The notes below the pieces were generated by a model that had not been told where the DNA came from, did no database searches, and saw only the letters and a list, made by a program, of their open reading frames with translations. Shown piece after piece: positions 34,260 to 42,834 of a stretch of DNA of 49,666 nucleotides (positions are counted from its first letter, which is position 1; the number at the start of each line of letters is the position of its first letter). This DNA comes from a virus. Position numbers and translations under genes: made by a program. The stretch is from IMG/VR virus record IMGVR_UViG_3300009515_000002, positions 1 through 49,666 of that record. One strand, written 5' to 3'.

Positions 34260-34615
34260 TTGCTTTTGCTCCACCACGCTACTTCTTGCGGGAAGTCCGG
34301 TGCAGGACAGTCATCCAGATGGATGTGCCGATCATAAACACCGATACGAGTAAAACCCACCACGAAAGCAGCTCGTAGAATGTGATATCGATGACGAGAA
34401 CTAGTGCAAGAAATGTCCACAGCATGACCTTGACCATGACACTTGGGATCTCCTTCTCTGAAGTGAGACGTAAGCATGAACGGTACGTCTGCTTCCGTGC
34501 GAGTCTCGTCGAGCTTAATGAGGAATTCTTGGTCCATGTTTATTGCATGCCGCCCGAACTCGTGTGCGGCGAAGTGTTCCAGCGTGTCGAAGAACTCAAC
34601 TGTTGCTCTTGGCAT
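34256..34615 (-). CDS. Peptidase M15 (VanY/M15A-type, Zn D,D- or L-Ala-D-Glu peptidase); endolysin candidate
   Basis: 119 aa. LTSHFREGDPKCHGQGHAVDIS and GFTRIGVYDRHIHLDD match the SxHxxGxAxD and G.Y...hiHvD zinc-ligand motifs. Confidence 0.65.
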   Translation of the reverse strand: MPRATVEFFDTLEHFAAHEFGRHAINMDQEFLIKLDETRTEADVPFMLTSHFREGDPKCHGQGHAVDISCTSSRHRYHILRAAFVVGFTRIGVYDRHIHLDDCPAPDFPQEVAWWSKSK

Positions 34616-34946
34616 TCGCTTTCTCCGTGAGATGAGCCATTAACTTTCCTGTGATCTCTACCCAGGCTGCGTAAGAGACTCGGAAGTGGCAACCGAGCTC
34701 TTCAAAATCTACAACTTCTTTCTTGTCGTTGATGCTCCACCGGACTCCATCGATCCTCCCGTTGAGCTTGTGCCAGTCACGTTTGCACTGTTCAATTAGA
34801 ACTGCGAGAGTGTTAGGATGCAAGTCCCTGACAAGCATCTTCGTGATCCGTTGACCGTAGACGATGTAGTCACTGGTCGCGAAGTCTAGATTGATCATCG
34901 GATCAGCTAAGTAATGATCAGGAAGTTTCTTTAGTCGTCGCGGCAT
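34596..34946 (-). CDS. Hypothetical protein
   Basis: 116 aa, overlaps its neighbours by ~20-30 nt. Confidence 0.4.
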   Translation of the reverse strand: MPRRLKKLPDHYLADPMINLDFATSDYIVYGQRITKMLVRDLHPNTLAVLIEQCKRDWHKLNGRIDGVRWSINDKKEVVDFEELGCHFRVSYAAWVEITGKLMAHLTEKANAKSNS

Positions 34947-35220
34947 CTTTCTCTTCCATGTTTTTCATGACCTGTGCCGCCACCTTGAATATGACATCGA
35001 CCATGACTCTGACCTTCGCACCATCGACAACAAACAGTGCGTAGTCGCCATCCTTGCTTAGCCAGAAGTCTCCACCACACTGAATGGTGTAGCCCTGAAG
35101 CGTATTCACGTTGCTCTGGCTGTTACCTGGAACGAAAGAACTGAGGCCCTGGCCGTACATACTCATGTTCTGCAATGCGAGATGATCGTAACGCAGTTTT
35201 TGTTGAAGTGCTGTTCTCAT
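34918..35220 (-). CDS. Hypothetical protein (trimmed)
   Basis: 100 aa from the first ATG downstream of the methyltransferase stop. The 209-aa track version overlaps the MTase gene by 290 nt in another frame. Confidence 0.35.
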   Translation of the reverse strand: MRTALQQKLRYDHLALQNMSMYGQGLSSFVPGNSQSNVNTLQGYTIQCGGDFWLSKDGDYALFVVDGAKVRVMVDVIFKVAAQVMKNMEEKDAATTKETS

Positions 35221-35257
35221 TCCATAGATGTCATCTTGCAGTAGCTGCGCGAATGCA

Positions 35258-36550
35258 CTATACGACTGCGCTGGGAACGTTTCGAACGAGAAGCTCGACG
35301 CACTTTTGGTGGTTGTCCTTGTCCTTTTCACAGCCGACGAAAGACCGACCGAGTCTATCAGCGGCGACAAAGACAGAACCAGACCCAAACGTGGGGTCAA
35401 GTACTGCCATGCTTCCAAAAGAGAAGCGTTCCAGAATGTCTCCCATGAGATCCACAGGTTTCTGAGCGTAGTGGATTCTTGCGCTGCTATCCACCATAGG
35501 ATACGACAGTACATTACTCCTCCCTGTTGCGAACATCCTGGGATCACCCTTCGCGACTAAGAAGAAGGGCTCGTAGGCGTTAATGGTAGTTCGAGCTGGG
35601 TCATTTTGGCTGCCTTTCTTGTTAGTCTTGAACCACATGAAGGGCACCGGAAAGACTTTAAAGCCAACAGATTCAAGAAGGGTGTAGAGTCTCTCGTAAT
35701 ACTGGATGCCAAACCAAGCAACCGCGTAAGTGTCCTCTCTAAGGACTCGATAGAGTTCAGGTACGAGGTTGACTGCTGTTTGGATTCCTGTTTCGGCGTC
35801 GTCGTCGAAGGTTCCATAGTGGTGGTGACGGTCGTAAGAGTCAATTCCGATTCCCCAGGGTGGGTCGAAGTTGACAAAGTCGATGCTGGCGTCTGGAACT
35901 TTGCTGATCCACTTGATCGCGTCGCCACAGTGCAGTGCCTCCTTGTACTCCATCACCTTGTCAGGACGTTCCTTCTGACTACGGGCAATGAGCTCTTCGA
36001 GTTTGACTTTCGTTTTGAGACTACGGTATGCACCAGCAACGCTGTTCGCTTGAAGTAGCTCTGCTCGACCACCCTTCACAGCCTCGGCTACAGTCAGTGC
36101 CATCGAGACGTGACCTTTTGAACGGCCCAGCTTCTTTGCCATTTGGCGAGTCGTGATAGTCTTACCGTCCTTTGCCTCGAAGACTGTCTTGAGCTTGGCT
36201 ATCGCGAGGGCTTCTTCTGCCTTGGAGAACTGCTTCCGGTAGACGTTCTCTTCGTACTCGATAAGTAGTTGGTCGTACTCTTCCAGATCTTTGAAGTCGA
36301 CCGCGAGGATCTGACCTGGGTCTAATCCCTTGATGCTCCGAGGAGGGTCCTCCGCACCAAGAAAGATTGCAGCTGTGAGTCGTCGAAACCCTGCGACTAG
36401 TTCACCGTTGGACACTACAATCGGTTGTATCTGTCCGTTGGCGACAAGACTCTCACCTAGTTCTGTGATGTTTCCTGGATCTTTCCTGACACGCTCACCG
36501 ATTTTGACGCCGGTGGCCTGGAGTGTCAGGATCTTCTTGGTCATTGTCAC
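35258..36550 (-). CDS. ParB-like N-terminal domain fused to a beta-class N6A/N4C DNA methyltransferase
   Basis: 430 aa. ParB box IQPIVVSNGELVAGFRRLTAA; motif IV DFVNFDPPWGIG precedes motif I VLDPTFGSGSV. Confidence 0.8.
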   Translation of the reverse strand: MTMTKKILTLQATGVKIGERVRKDPGNITELGESLVANGQIQPIVVSNGELVAGFRRLTAAIFLGAEDPPRSIKGLDPGQILAVDFKDLEEYDQLLIEYEENVYRKQFSKAEEALAIAKLKTVFEAKDGKTITTRQMAKKLGRSKGHVSMALTVAEAVKGGRAELLQANSVAGAYRSLKTKVKLEELIARSQKERPDKVMEYKEALHCGDAIKWISKVPDASIDFVNFDPPWGIGIDSYDRHHHYGTFDDDAETGIQTAVNLVPELYRVLREDTYAVAWFGIQYYERLYTLLESVGFKVFPVPFMWFKTNKKGSQNDPARTTINAYEPFFLVAKGDPRMFATGRSNVLSYPMVDSSARIHYAQKPVDLMGDILERFSFGSMAVLDPTFGSGSVFVAADRLGRSFVGCEKDKDNHQKCVELLVRNVPSAVV

Positions 36551-36703
36551 GGGTTAGTATCTCCAGAAGGAGTAGCTACTGGCCGGTACGATCAAACCGG
36601 AGCTTATGTTAGGCTCTTCTCAAGTCCGCTAGTCGTTCGTCTGACTCCACAGCTTCCTAACAAACGCAAACGCAGTAGCTACCCCGTCTCAGTTAGGGAA
36701 AAT

Positions 36704-36791
36704 GGTAGGGGCCTGTCCGTCCGGTATAACGAGTAACTGAGCCAGGGTTGCTGGACAGTTCAACTCCTCTACGCTAGCCGCGACCCCTACC
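36704..36791. other. Long-range inverted repeat just after the stop of the 36799-37209 gene
   Basis: GGTAGGGG (36704-11) pairs with CCCCTACC (36784-91); inner CTGTCC (36713-18) pairs with GGACAG (36753-58). On the - strand it is followed by ATTTTCCC. Confidence 0.4.
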
Positions 36792-36798
36792 ACTCTCG

Positions 36799-37209
36799 TT
36801 AGGGAAGTACGCGTTCAACAGTGTTGCTGTCTCGCCCAGCGTACTCACCCTCACCAATTCGAATCCCGAGGTACGCAGTGAACGTCTTGCCTGCGAAGTA
36901 CTTCATCGGATCTTCGTAGATGTTGGCGACGGATGTCTTCTTCAGATTCACGCCGCAGGCTTCAGACAACTGCCGGATCTTGAACAGTCCAAAGCTCGCG
37001 CCCTTGCCTTCGAGCATGACGTAGTCAAAGACACGTTTCCCTGCGTCTTCGCCTGTGCCAGCGATGATGTGCTGGAAGGCCAACATCTCCTCACCCTTTG
37101 CACTGGAGTGCGTCGCTTCTACCGACTCACACTGCATGGGATACTCTCCCTCTGGTGCAGGCTGGTTCGGGTCAGCGATGTCAGCGAGGTTTGTGTTCAT
37201 GTGTGACAT
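36799..37209 (-). CDS. DUF669-like protein (putative ssDNA-binding partner of Sak4)
   Basis: 136 aa. PEGEYPMQCESVEATHSSAKGEEMLAFQHII..GEDAGKRVFDYVML fits the DUF669 pattern. Sits immediately downstream of the Sak4-like ATPase, as in many phages. Confidence 0.5.
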   Translation of the reverse strand: MSHMNTNLADIADPNQPAPEGEYPMQCESVEATHSSAKGEEMLAFQHIIAGTGEDAGKRVFDYVMLEGKGASFGLFKIRQLSEACGVNLKKTSVANIYEDPMKYFAGKTFTAYLGIRIGEGEYAGRDSNTVERVLP

Positions 37210-37237
37210 TGGTGCTCTCTCCTGTTTGGAACATGGG

Positions 37238-37252
37238 GTTTACTCAGTGAAC
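37238..37252 (-). promoter_or_regulatory. Copy S4 of the dyad motif (minus strand reads GTTCACTGAGTAAAC)
   Basis: Spans the Sak4 stop codon, ~30-45 nt upstream of the ATG at 37209. The extended 16-mer GGTTCACTGAGTAAAC is identical to 48308-48323 (+). Confidence 0.4.
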
Positions 37253-38068
37253 CTGCTCTTCTTGCGCGACTTCAAAAGCCTCCTTGATGGTTTCGTAGGT
37301 GGGGTTGTCGATACGCTCGATGCCGTGGCGTGTCTTGGCAGTGATGATACCATCACTCTCGGTTCTCAGTATCCTCTGTCCACCACCACCGACTTCAAGG
37401 TACCATACTTCATCGAACCACCGACCTATCTGGGCACGGATCGAGGAGCCGATAAGATACGGTCCTCGCTTGGTGAGGATGTCACCTTTGTACTCTGCAC
37501 GCTCATGTGCGAGGAAGAGTACGTTGCATGGGAGAAGGATAGCCTGGTTCATGAACTGCTCGAACGCAGCCATTTCGCTCCCGTAGTCAGCCTGAGTTGG
37601 GACTGCGACAGGGACTTTGCCTTGGGCTCGAGCATTCAGCAGCGAATGGGACTTCCGCTTCGCACCACTAGTGGACTGGCCAGCCAGTTCCATCCCTACG
37701 TGCATGCCGAGGACCTGGACCATAGTGATGGAGTCGAAGACTATTGTCTCCGGCGGGTCGTCATCATCTAGAAGCTCGTTGATGAAATCGAAAATCTGAA
37801 AGAATGCTAGGTCCCGTGGATCACGCGGCTTCTTGAACAGACCGTATTTGTCTACGGGATCTGTGAAGCTCTCATAGCGAATGAGTTCAGCTTTACCAGG
37901 ATGAGCCTTGCGAAACTCAGGGTTCTTGAAGACCTTCATCCCGAAGTCAGTATCCACGAACGCTGGTCCTGGAAACGTGCCAGCAAGCCAGGTCTTCCCG
38001 GCTCCCCAATCAGCAAAGATCATCGCTACGATCCTCTCATCGGCTTCGATGTCTGCAATGGTCTTCAC
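37244..38068 (-). CDS. Sak4-like RecA-fold ATPase (AAA_24 type)
   Basis: 274 aa. Walker A IFADWGAGKTWLA followed by AFVDTDFG; Walker B TIVFDSIT. Confidence 0.7.
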   Translation of the reverse strand: MKTIADIEADERIVAMIFADWGAGKTWLAGTFPGPAFVDTDFGMKVFKNPEFRKAHPGKAELIRYESFTDPVDKYGLFKKPRDPRDLAFFQIFDFINELLDDDDPPETIVFDSITMVQVLGMHVGMELAGQSTSGAKRKSHSLLNARAQGKVPVAVPTQADYGSEMAAFEQFMNQAILLPCNVLFLAHERAEYKGDILTKRGPYLIGSSIRAQIGRWFDEVWYLEVGGGGQRILRTESDGIITAKTRHGIERIDNPTYETIKEAFEVAQEEQVH

Positions 38069-38364
38069 TCGGCTTTCATACCTCCGAAGTTATCGTGCGA
38101 GATGCGGGCACAGAGGCAGCAGGTGTAGAGCCCGCGAGTGCGTTCATGGGTGACTTCGGATGCTGGGTGAGGACAGGAGGCTTGGAGTGACATCAACTCA
38201 GCATAGTCAATCTCAATCTGTTCAAGCAAGTCTTCAGCAGCAGCTCTCGTCTCCTTATACCTCTTCTTCCGAATGGGATCTTTCTTCCCATCAGGCTTCA
38301 GCCTGTCATGCCTGTTGGCAAAGGCGTAGGTGAACTCACCAATGTTCAGAGCATTGTTACGCAT
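38065..38364 (-). CDS. Hypothetical protein with a C-terminal Cys cluster
   Basis: 99 aa, SD GGAGAAGGAGA. CPHP...CCLC. Confidence 0.45.
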   Translation of the reverse strand: MRNNALNIGEFTYAFANRHDRLKPDGKKDPIRKKRYKETRAAAEDLLEQIEIDYAELMSLQASCPHPASEVTHERTRGLYTCCLCARISHDNFGGMKAE

Positions 38365-39232
38365 TCTCCTTCTCCTTTTCTTTGGTCATCCAGTCCCAGA
38401 CTCTGGGCTCGAAGTCAGCCTTGAAGGTACCTTCCCGACTGTCACTCTTCTTGATGCAAACGTCATGCATGGGACACTTGCCGTACTTGTTGACGCAGGA
38501 GTCCCAACGTGGTCGATAGATTCCGTTCTTTTGTGCCCACGCTATTTCGCCGTAGCGGACAAGGGTCATCTCTTTCCACTCGTTGATCTTCCACTCAGGG
38601 TACTCGATCTTCTTTCGCTGGAATCGGATGTGGGGGGCTTTGTTGACGGAGTGGGTAACGATACAGTTAAGCAGAACCCCTCGGACGTTAGCTCCCAGCT
38701 CCCTACCCGCCCAGACGTAGCCAGCCATCTGCGAAGACAATCGGAATTGGTTCCAATACCCCTCACCTCCAAAGCGACTTGTAGTCTTGTGGTCGAAGAT
38801 CCAGGCATCTCCGTCGGCGATAACGACACCATCAAGAACCCCGCCCCAACGGAATCCATCATCGTCCTCCAGCTTGAATGCTTTCTCGGTGAAGAGGACC
38901 TCACTGATCCCAAAAGCTGACTCATCCCCGTAGTAGTTCATGTACTCGTACACAGTTTCCATCGCCCGCGCTTTTGTACGAAAGTCGGGGCTGCCATCTG
39001 GCTTCACCGGGTCTTCAAACTCTTCATCGAGCATGACCTGGATGGCGGCCTTCTGATCCCACGACTTGTACCACTCAGCAAGACCAAGATGAACGAGACT
39101 ACCGTATCCTAACGCTGGACTGACTCGCTTCGCTCCCATGTGCATGTTGTGCTTGACGTTGTAGAGCCTTGGGCAGCGTTCCCAAGTCTCCATCATTGAG
39201 TTGTCGTGTGTTCGGACCTCAAGAGGTATCAC
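38357..39232 (-). CDS. PD-(D/E)XK exonuclease, Cas4/RecB-like with a Fe-S Cys cluster
   Basis: 291 aa. N-terminal ERCPRLY, core GGVLDGVVIADGDAWIFDHKTT, C-terminal CVNKYGKCPMHDVC. Confidence 0.7.
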   Translation of the reverse strand: MIPLEVRTHDNSMMETWERCPRLYNVKHNMHMGAKRVSPALGYGSLVHLGLAEWYKSWDQKAAIQVMLDEEFEDPVKPDGSPDFRTKARAMETVYEYMNYYGDESAFGISEVLFTEKAFKLEDDDGFRWGGVLDGVVIADGDAWIFDHKTTSRFGGEGYWNQFRLSSQMAGYVWAGRELGANVRGVLLNCIVTHSVNKAPHIRFQRKKIEYPEWKINEWKEMTLVRYGEIAWAQKNGIYRPRWDSCVNKYGKCPMHDVCIKKSDSREGTFKADFEPRVWDWMTKEKEKENA

Positions 39233-39419
39233 CAGCTGGCTCCATCGGCATGAGTTTGTCGTAGATGTCCGTGATCTTGTAGCTCTCCGGGTTGTCTCTC
39301 CTCCAGTCTACATAAATCCGGAGAAGATCCCTGACCACAGGACTCTTCTTGACGTGCGGAGGCAGAGCCTCTTCAAACTCTGCATTGAGCGCGTCATCAA
39401 CTTCCAAGGTGAGCTTCAT
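39219..39419 (-). CDS. Putative ribbon-helix-helix (CopG/Arc-like) DNA-binding protein
   Basis: 66 aa. KLTLEVDDALNAEFEEAL....KSPVVRDLLRIYV fits the beta-strand/helix/helix RHH pattern. Confidence 0.4.
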   Translation of the reverse strand: MKLTLEVDDALNAEFEEALPPHVKKSPVVRDLLRIYVDWRRDNPESYKITDIYDKLMPMEPAGDTS

Positions 39420-39759
39420 CTTCCTCTACTCCTATAAGCATGGTCTCCGCGTCGAAGGGCCGTAGGATATAGTCTTGGTACAGCGGGTCCCAATACAGGA
39501 AGTTGACAACGCCAAACCTTTTGACGAGTGCTGCCGCACAGATCCCTGTAATGAGCGGTGACCCTGATGCTAGGAGATAATCCTCGGCTTCTGCACTTTC
39601 GAGTTTTGTTAGGATTTCCCCAGCAAGACGATCAGTATGGAACAAGTCCACGCGACCGCGTGTCAGGACTACTAAGTCTCCAAACCTCTTGGCCCCTTCG
39701 TAGTTGTGATACCCAAGATTCGTTATGAAGACCTTGCGGCCAGTGGGTGATTTAGACAT
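39397..39759 (-). CDS. Hypothetical protein
   Basis: 120 aa from the ATG sharing one base with the upstream stop (TAATG). Confidence 0.45.
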   Translation of the reverse strand: MSKSPTGRKVFITNLGYHNYEGAKRFGDLVVLTRGRVDLFHTDRLAGEILTKLESAEAEDYLLASGSPLITGICAAALVKRFGVVNFLYWDPLYQDYILRPFDAETMLIGVEEDEAHLGS

Positions 39760-39965
39760 TACAGTGCCTTCAATCCTTTCCAAGGTTTGCCTGTCTTTGA
39801 AGACACGTTAGGAGCTAACCATCGGTGGTGTGGGCATCGCTGACCAGGACCAATCAGTTTTCCTGTACCGAAAGCCTTCTTGCAATCAGGGCAAGGATGG
39901 CAATGTTCGCGGTATTCCCTGCGACTGGTGTTCACATCTTTCCAGAAATCACCAGAATCTCCCAT
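39759..39965 (-). CDS. Small Zn-ribbon protein
   Basis: 68 aa. HCHPCPDC...CPHH. Confidence 0.45.
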   Translation of the reverse strand: MGDSGDFWKDVNTSRREYREHCHPCPDCKKAFGTGKLIGPGQRCPHHRWLAPNVSSKTGKPWKGLKAL

Positions 39966-39977
39966 TATACCTCTCCT

Positions 39978-40217
39978 CTAGAGTACGTCCGGCGGCCTCG
40001 ATAGGAACATGTCTGAGCCTCTGAGCCGGACATCTCTGGGTCCATCAGGCAGCTTGAATTGTCCGGCGTGGTTTGGAAACACGTGAATACTGATGGAGTG
40101 CGCGTCAAGATGGAAGGAAATGTTGTCCGTATGTAGCTCGAACTTCATCGCGATTTCCTTCACGATCTCTCGGATGGTGGGGTCGTCCAGCAGCAGGCTT
40201 CGCGCCTCTGTGGTCAT
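39978..40217 (-). CDS. Hypothetical protein
   Basis: 79 aa, ATGA-type coupling to the downstream gene. Confidence 0.4.
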   Translation of the reverse strand: MTTEARSLLLDDPTIREIVKEIAMKFELHTDNISFHLDAHSISIHVFPNHAGQFKLPDGPRDVRLRGSDMFLSRPPDVL

Positions 40218-40642
40218 TTCATTATCTCCAGTGGGGGTCCAATGAGCAGTGAGTAGCCTTTACTTCCCACCCACTGCTTGACTACTTCGATGTTTCCGTT
40301 GAACGCTGTAAAGTGTACGCATTTCTCTCGTGCCTCATCGGTGCGAGTGACTACGTCGAACTCGTTGACCTCTTCGGTAAAGACTCGTGGAGCCTCTCGA
40401 ATTTCAGTAACGAGATCCGCCTTCGGTGTAACGAGGACACCCCAAGGCATGACCTTGAGGCTTACACGGATGTTCTCGTACTTCTCGACTTTGTTATTAC
40501 GAGCGGCAGCAAGAGCCTCTCGTATTTTCCAACACAAAGTTCTTGGATCGCTTGAACGCATCTCCAAGGTCTTGCCTTCGAGCATGTTATCGAGCCAGTG
40601 TTGGGCTCTGGCGACCGTCGTCAGTCGCAGGTCGTAACCCAT
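40214..40642 (-). CDS. Hypothetical protein
   Basis: 142 aa, in an operon with its neighbours. Confidence 0.45.
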   Translation of the reverse strand: MGYDLRLTTVARAQHWLDNMLEGKTLEMRSSDPRTLCWKIREALAAARNNKVEKYENIRVSLKVMPWGVLVTPKADLVTEIREAPRVFTEEVNEFDVVTRTDEAREKCVHFTAFNGNIEVVKQWVGSKGYSLLIGPPLEIMK

Positions 40643-40905
40643 TACCTTGGTCCCTTGTAGATGATTCGCTTGAAGACCTCGAACTCACCAGCAGACAAGA
40701 GATAGTGGATCATCCCGTCTGCCGATGGCCGATGGCCTTGCTCAAGAACATACTTCTGTTGCTCAGGTCCGAGCTCTGCCAAGTGAATGGCTGCCATGAT
40801 GTTCTGTTCTTTCGGATAGACCTTGAGAACACCCATGTTCATGCCGTGGTACGGTCCATCGTCTAGGCATTTGATCCGGTCACCAGGTTTCACGTCGAAG
40901 ATCAT
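40642..40905 (-). CDS. Hypothetical protein
   Basis: 87 aa. Confidence 0.4.
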   Translation of the reverse strand: MIFDVKPGDRIKCLDDGPYHGMNMGVLKVYPKEQNIMAAIHLAELGPEQQKYVLEQGHRPSADGMIHYLLSAGEFEVFKRIIYKGPR

Positions 40906-41096
40906 AACATCCTCGTAACTCGATGAAGTTCTTTGACCTCATCAGGTGTTAGATGCACAGTGATGTGATCGCCGCTCGGGACAGACATGACAAGCATTAA
41001 AAAGCGTGGGTGTCCACTCTCTGCAATGTTCTCATTTACTCTGAGATCAAACAAAAGCTCGTCGGTGTCTGCTGGTACGACTGATCCCATGATCAT
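40902..41096 (-). CDS. Hypothetical protein
   Basis: 64 aa. Confidence 0.4.
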   Translation of the reverse strand: MIMGSVVPADTDELLFDLRVNENIAESGHPRFLMLVMSVPSGDHITVHLTPDEVKELHRVTRML

Positions 41097-41269
41097 ATTC
41101 TGTTAATGATCGCAGTCACCCTGTCACGAAGAAGCTCAAAGGTTCTGTTGAGTGGATGAGGATTTGGTGAGTTGTCATCTTCCAACTGCTCTAATCCTGC
41201 TTGAGCATCAGTGATATCTTGTCTGAGCGCGTGAAGTTCTGTCGCGATCTCAGCTTTAGTTATCGCCAC
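41093..41269 (-). CDS. Small coiled-coil protein (below the 60-aa track cutoff)
   Basis: 58 aa (VAITKAEIATELHALRQDITDAQAGLEQLEDD...). GTG start 8 nt after GAGGAGG; its stop overlaps the next ATG (ATGA). It fills an otherwise 160-bp gap. Confidence 0.4.
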   Translation of the reverse strand: MAITKAEIATELHALRQDITDAQAGLEQLEDDNSPNPHPLNRTFELLRDRVTAIINRI

Positions 41270-41690
41270 GGATGGCCTCCTCTACTGCGTCAAGGAAGGA
41301 ACGGTGTTGGGATACAGTGTCGACTTTATGAAGCCACAGAACTCCTGCCTGGCCGTCAGTCTGTACGATGTACTCAAAAGATCTTCCTGTGCCATGACGG
41401 TCACGACCCAAGTTGTCGAAGAACTGTTGTGCACGAAGTAAACGTCCGTACATGCTTGGACCTTCGGGGTCAGCAGCCTTGGAGAGTGCAACGTGAAGCC
41501 TCTGTGCCATTGCATCACCGTGCGGTCCTGCTGAAAGACTAGCAAAGAACCTGTATATCTCTAGATACGCCGTTGGCAGCACTGCCACCTCATACTGCTC
41601 CTCCTCCAACGTCTCGATCATCTCGTTCACTGTCATACTACCATGGAGTGTTCCGTCGGCAAGCAGTGCGATGACTTTGTCAAGATCCAT
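41256..41690 (-). CDS. Hypothetical protein
   Basis: 144 aa from the ATG 6 nt after GGGAGA. Confidence 0.45.
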   Translation of the reverse strand: MDLDKVIALLADGTLHGSMTVNEMIETLEEEQYEVAVLPTAYLEIYRFFASLSAGPHGDAMAQRLHVALSKAADPEGPSMYGRLLRAQQFFDNLGRDRHGTGRSFEYIVQTDGQAGVLWLHKVDTVSQHRSFLDAVEEAIRGDN

Positions 41691-41886
41691 TATCATTCTC
41701 CCAGATTCGGTCATGCCAGAAGTGGGCATCAGGAGCATCGGTCATTGTCTTTCTGACCAAAAGCAATCCACTCAGTACCACCCAGAAAGTGTAGAGCAGT
41801 AAGACTGCTATCACAAACACAATGCCCATTGCGGCAAGTGCTTGAGTGTTGGTGAGATTCTGGATGAGCAGCTCTTTAGTGGTCAT
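41680..41886 (-). CDS. Small membrane protein
   Basis: 68 aa with a long hydrophobic stretch ALAAMGIVFVIAVLLLYTFWVVLSGLLLV. Confidence 0.45.
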   Translation of the reverse strand: MTTKELLIQNLTNTQALAAMGIVFVIAVLLLYTFWVVLSGLLLVRKTMTDAPDAHFWHDRIWENDNGS

Positions 41887-41937
41887 GGCGTCTTCACCGG
41901 TACGGGGACGAGCTCACGCTCACGTTCAACCTCTCGC

Positions 41938-42750
41938 TCAGGACTCGGCACTATCGTGTGCTCCTTCGGCAGAGTCTGAGGCTCCACTTTGTGAATCCTT
42001 TGCGGCTTTCCAATCTCCATAGGTCATTACCTCACATCCGTAGAATTGTCCGAGTGCGTCAAACAACCACCGAGCAGTCTTTCTGCTTGGCAAGAGGATT
42101 GTGTCGATCACCGCACGTTCTGCACGGTAACCCTGCTCGTGTTCGATAACGATGCCAGACATACGCACGATACCGAATACGAAGCCATCGACGTACTGTC
42201 CTTTTGCGTCTATGTTGGTGTGTTCTATACTATCAAGATAGCTCTCGAACTTGTTCACGTAGATTCCGAGACGATTCTTTGTACTACTGCCGTGAGCCCT
42301 GTGGATACTCTCATGAAACCTGGGCGGCTCCGGCGACTGGTACACAGGGCCATCCCAGATCTTGCGAGCAGTGATCGAGCTCAGCCGCGGTCCGTCCTCT
42401 CCGCCAAGCTCAATCCTCCAACGACGATAGCCATAGATCTCTTCCGTCGTTGGGATAGGCTCAGGAATGTGCGTGATTGGCTCAGGGTCGTACATGTAGC
42501 CTGAGCCTGCAGGCACCCAAGCTGTGCCCACTGGCGTTGGATTGCTCAACGCAGGCAGCTGATCCAACTTGATTGTCTTCTTCGCTTGCTGCTTGGTAAG
42601 CAAGTCCTGCACTTCCAACAACGACTTAACCCCACCAAGCGCCTGCCATTCCTTCAACAGTCCTGCCTGGCGCGGCATGTCACCTTGTTTGAACGCGTCC
42701 GCCATTGCTTCCCAAAGCAGGCGGAGTTGTTTCGTTTTTGAAGATGGCAT
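41938..42750 (-). CDS. Conserved-looking phage protein of unknown function
   Basis: 270 aa. C-half pattern GYRRWRI....L.S......W .... GIYVNK .... GIVRMSGIVIEHEQGYRAERA recalls a widespread uncharacterised phage family (from memory only). Confidence 0.45.
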   Translation of the reverse strand: MPSSKTKQLRLLWEAMADAFKQGDMPRQAGLLKEWQALGGVKSLLEVQDLLTKQQAKKTIKLDQLPALSNPTPVGTAWVPAGSGYMYDPEPITHIPEPIPTTEEIYGYRRWRIELGGEDGPRLSSITARKIWDGPVYQSPEPPRFHESIHRAHGSSTKNRLGIYVNKFESYLDSIEHTNIDAKGQYVDGFVFGIVRMSGIVIEHEQGYRAERAVIDTILLPSRKTARWLFDALGQFYGCEVMTYGDWKAAKDSQSGASDSAEGAHDSAES

Positions 42751-42774
42751 TAAGAAACCCCGGTGAAGTACTTT

Positions 42775-42803
42775 AATTTACGGCAACCCCCGGCAAATTG
42801 CAA
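42775..42803 (-). promoter_or_regulatory. Sigma-70-like promoter candidate
   Basis: On the - strand: TTGCAA (42803-42798), a 17-nt spacer, then TAAATT (42780-42775). Lies in the 84-bp gap upstream of the 41938-42750 gene. Confidence 0.3.
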
Positions 42804-42834
42804 GTGTCGAGAACAGGGGGAAGGGACTACCAGG

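Noticed and set aside
34918-35547. Full 209-aa version of the ORF overlapping the methyltransferase gene by 290 nt
   Set aside because: The overlapping N-terminal part is out of frame with a high-confidence gene and has an implausible composition. It was trimmed to the first ATG after the MTase stop (35220).
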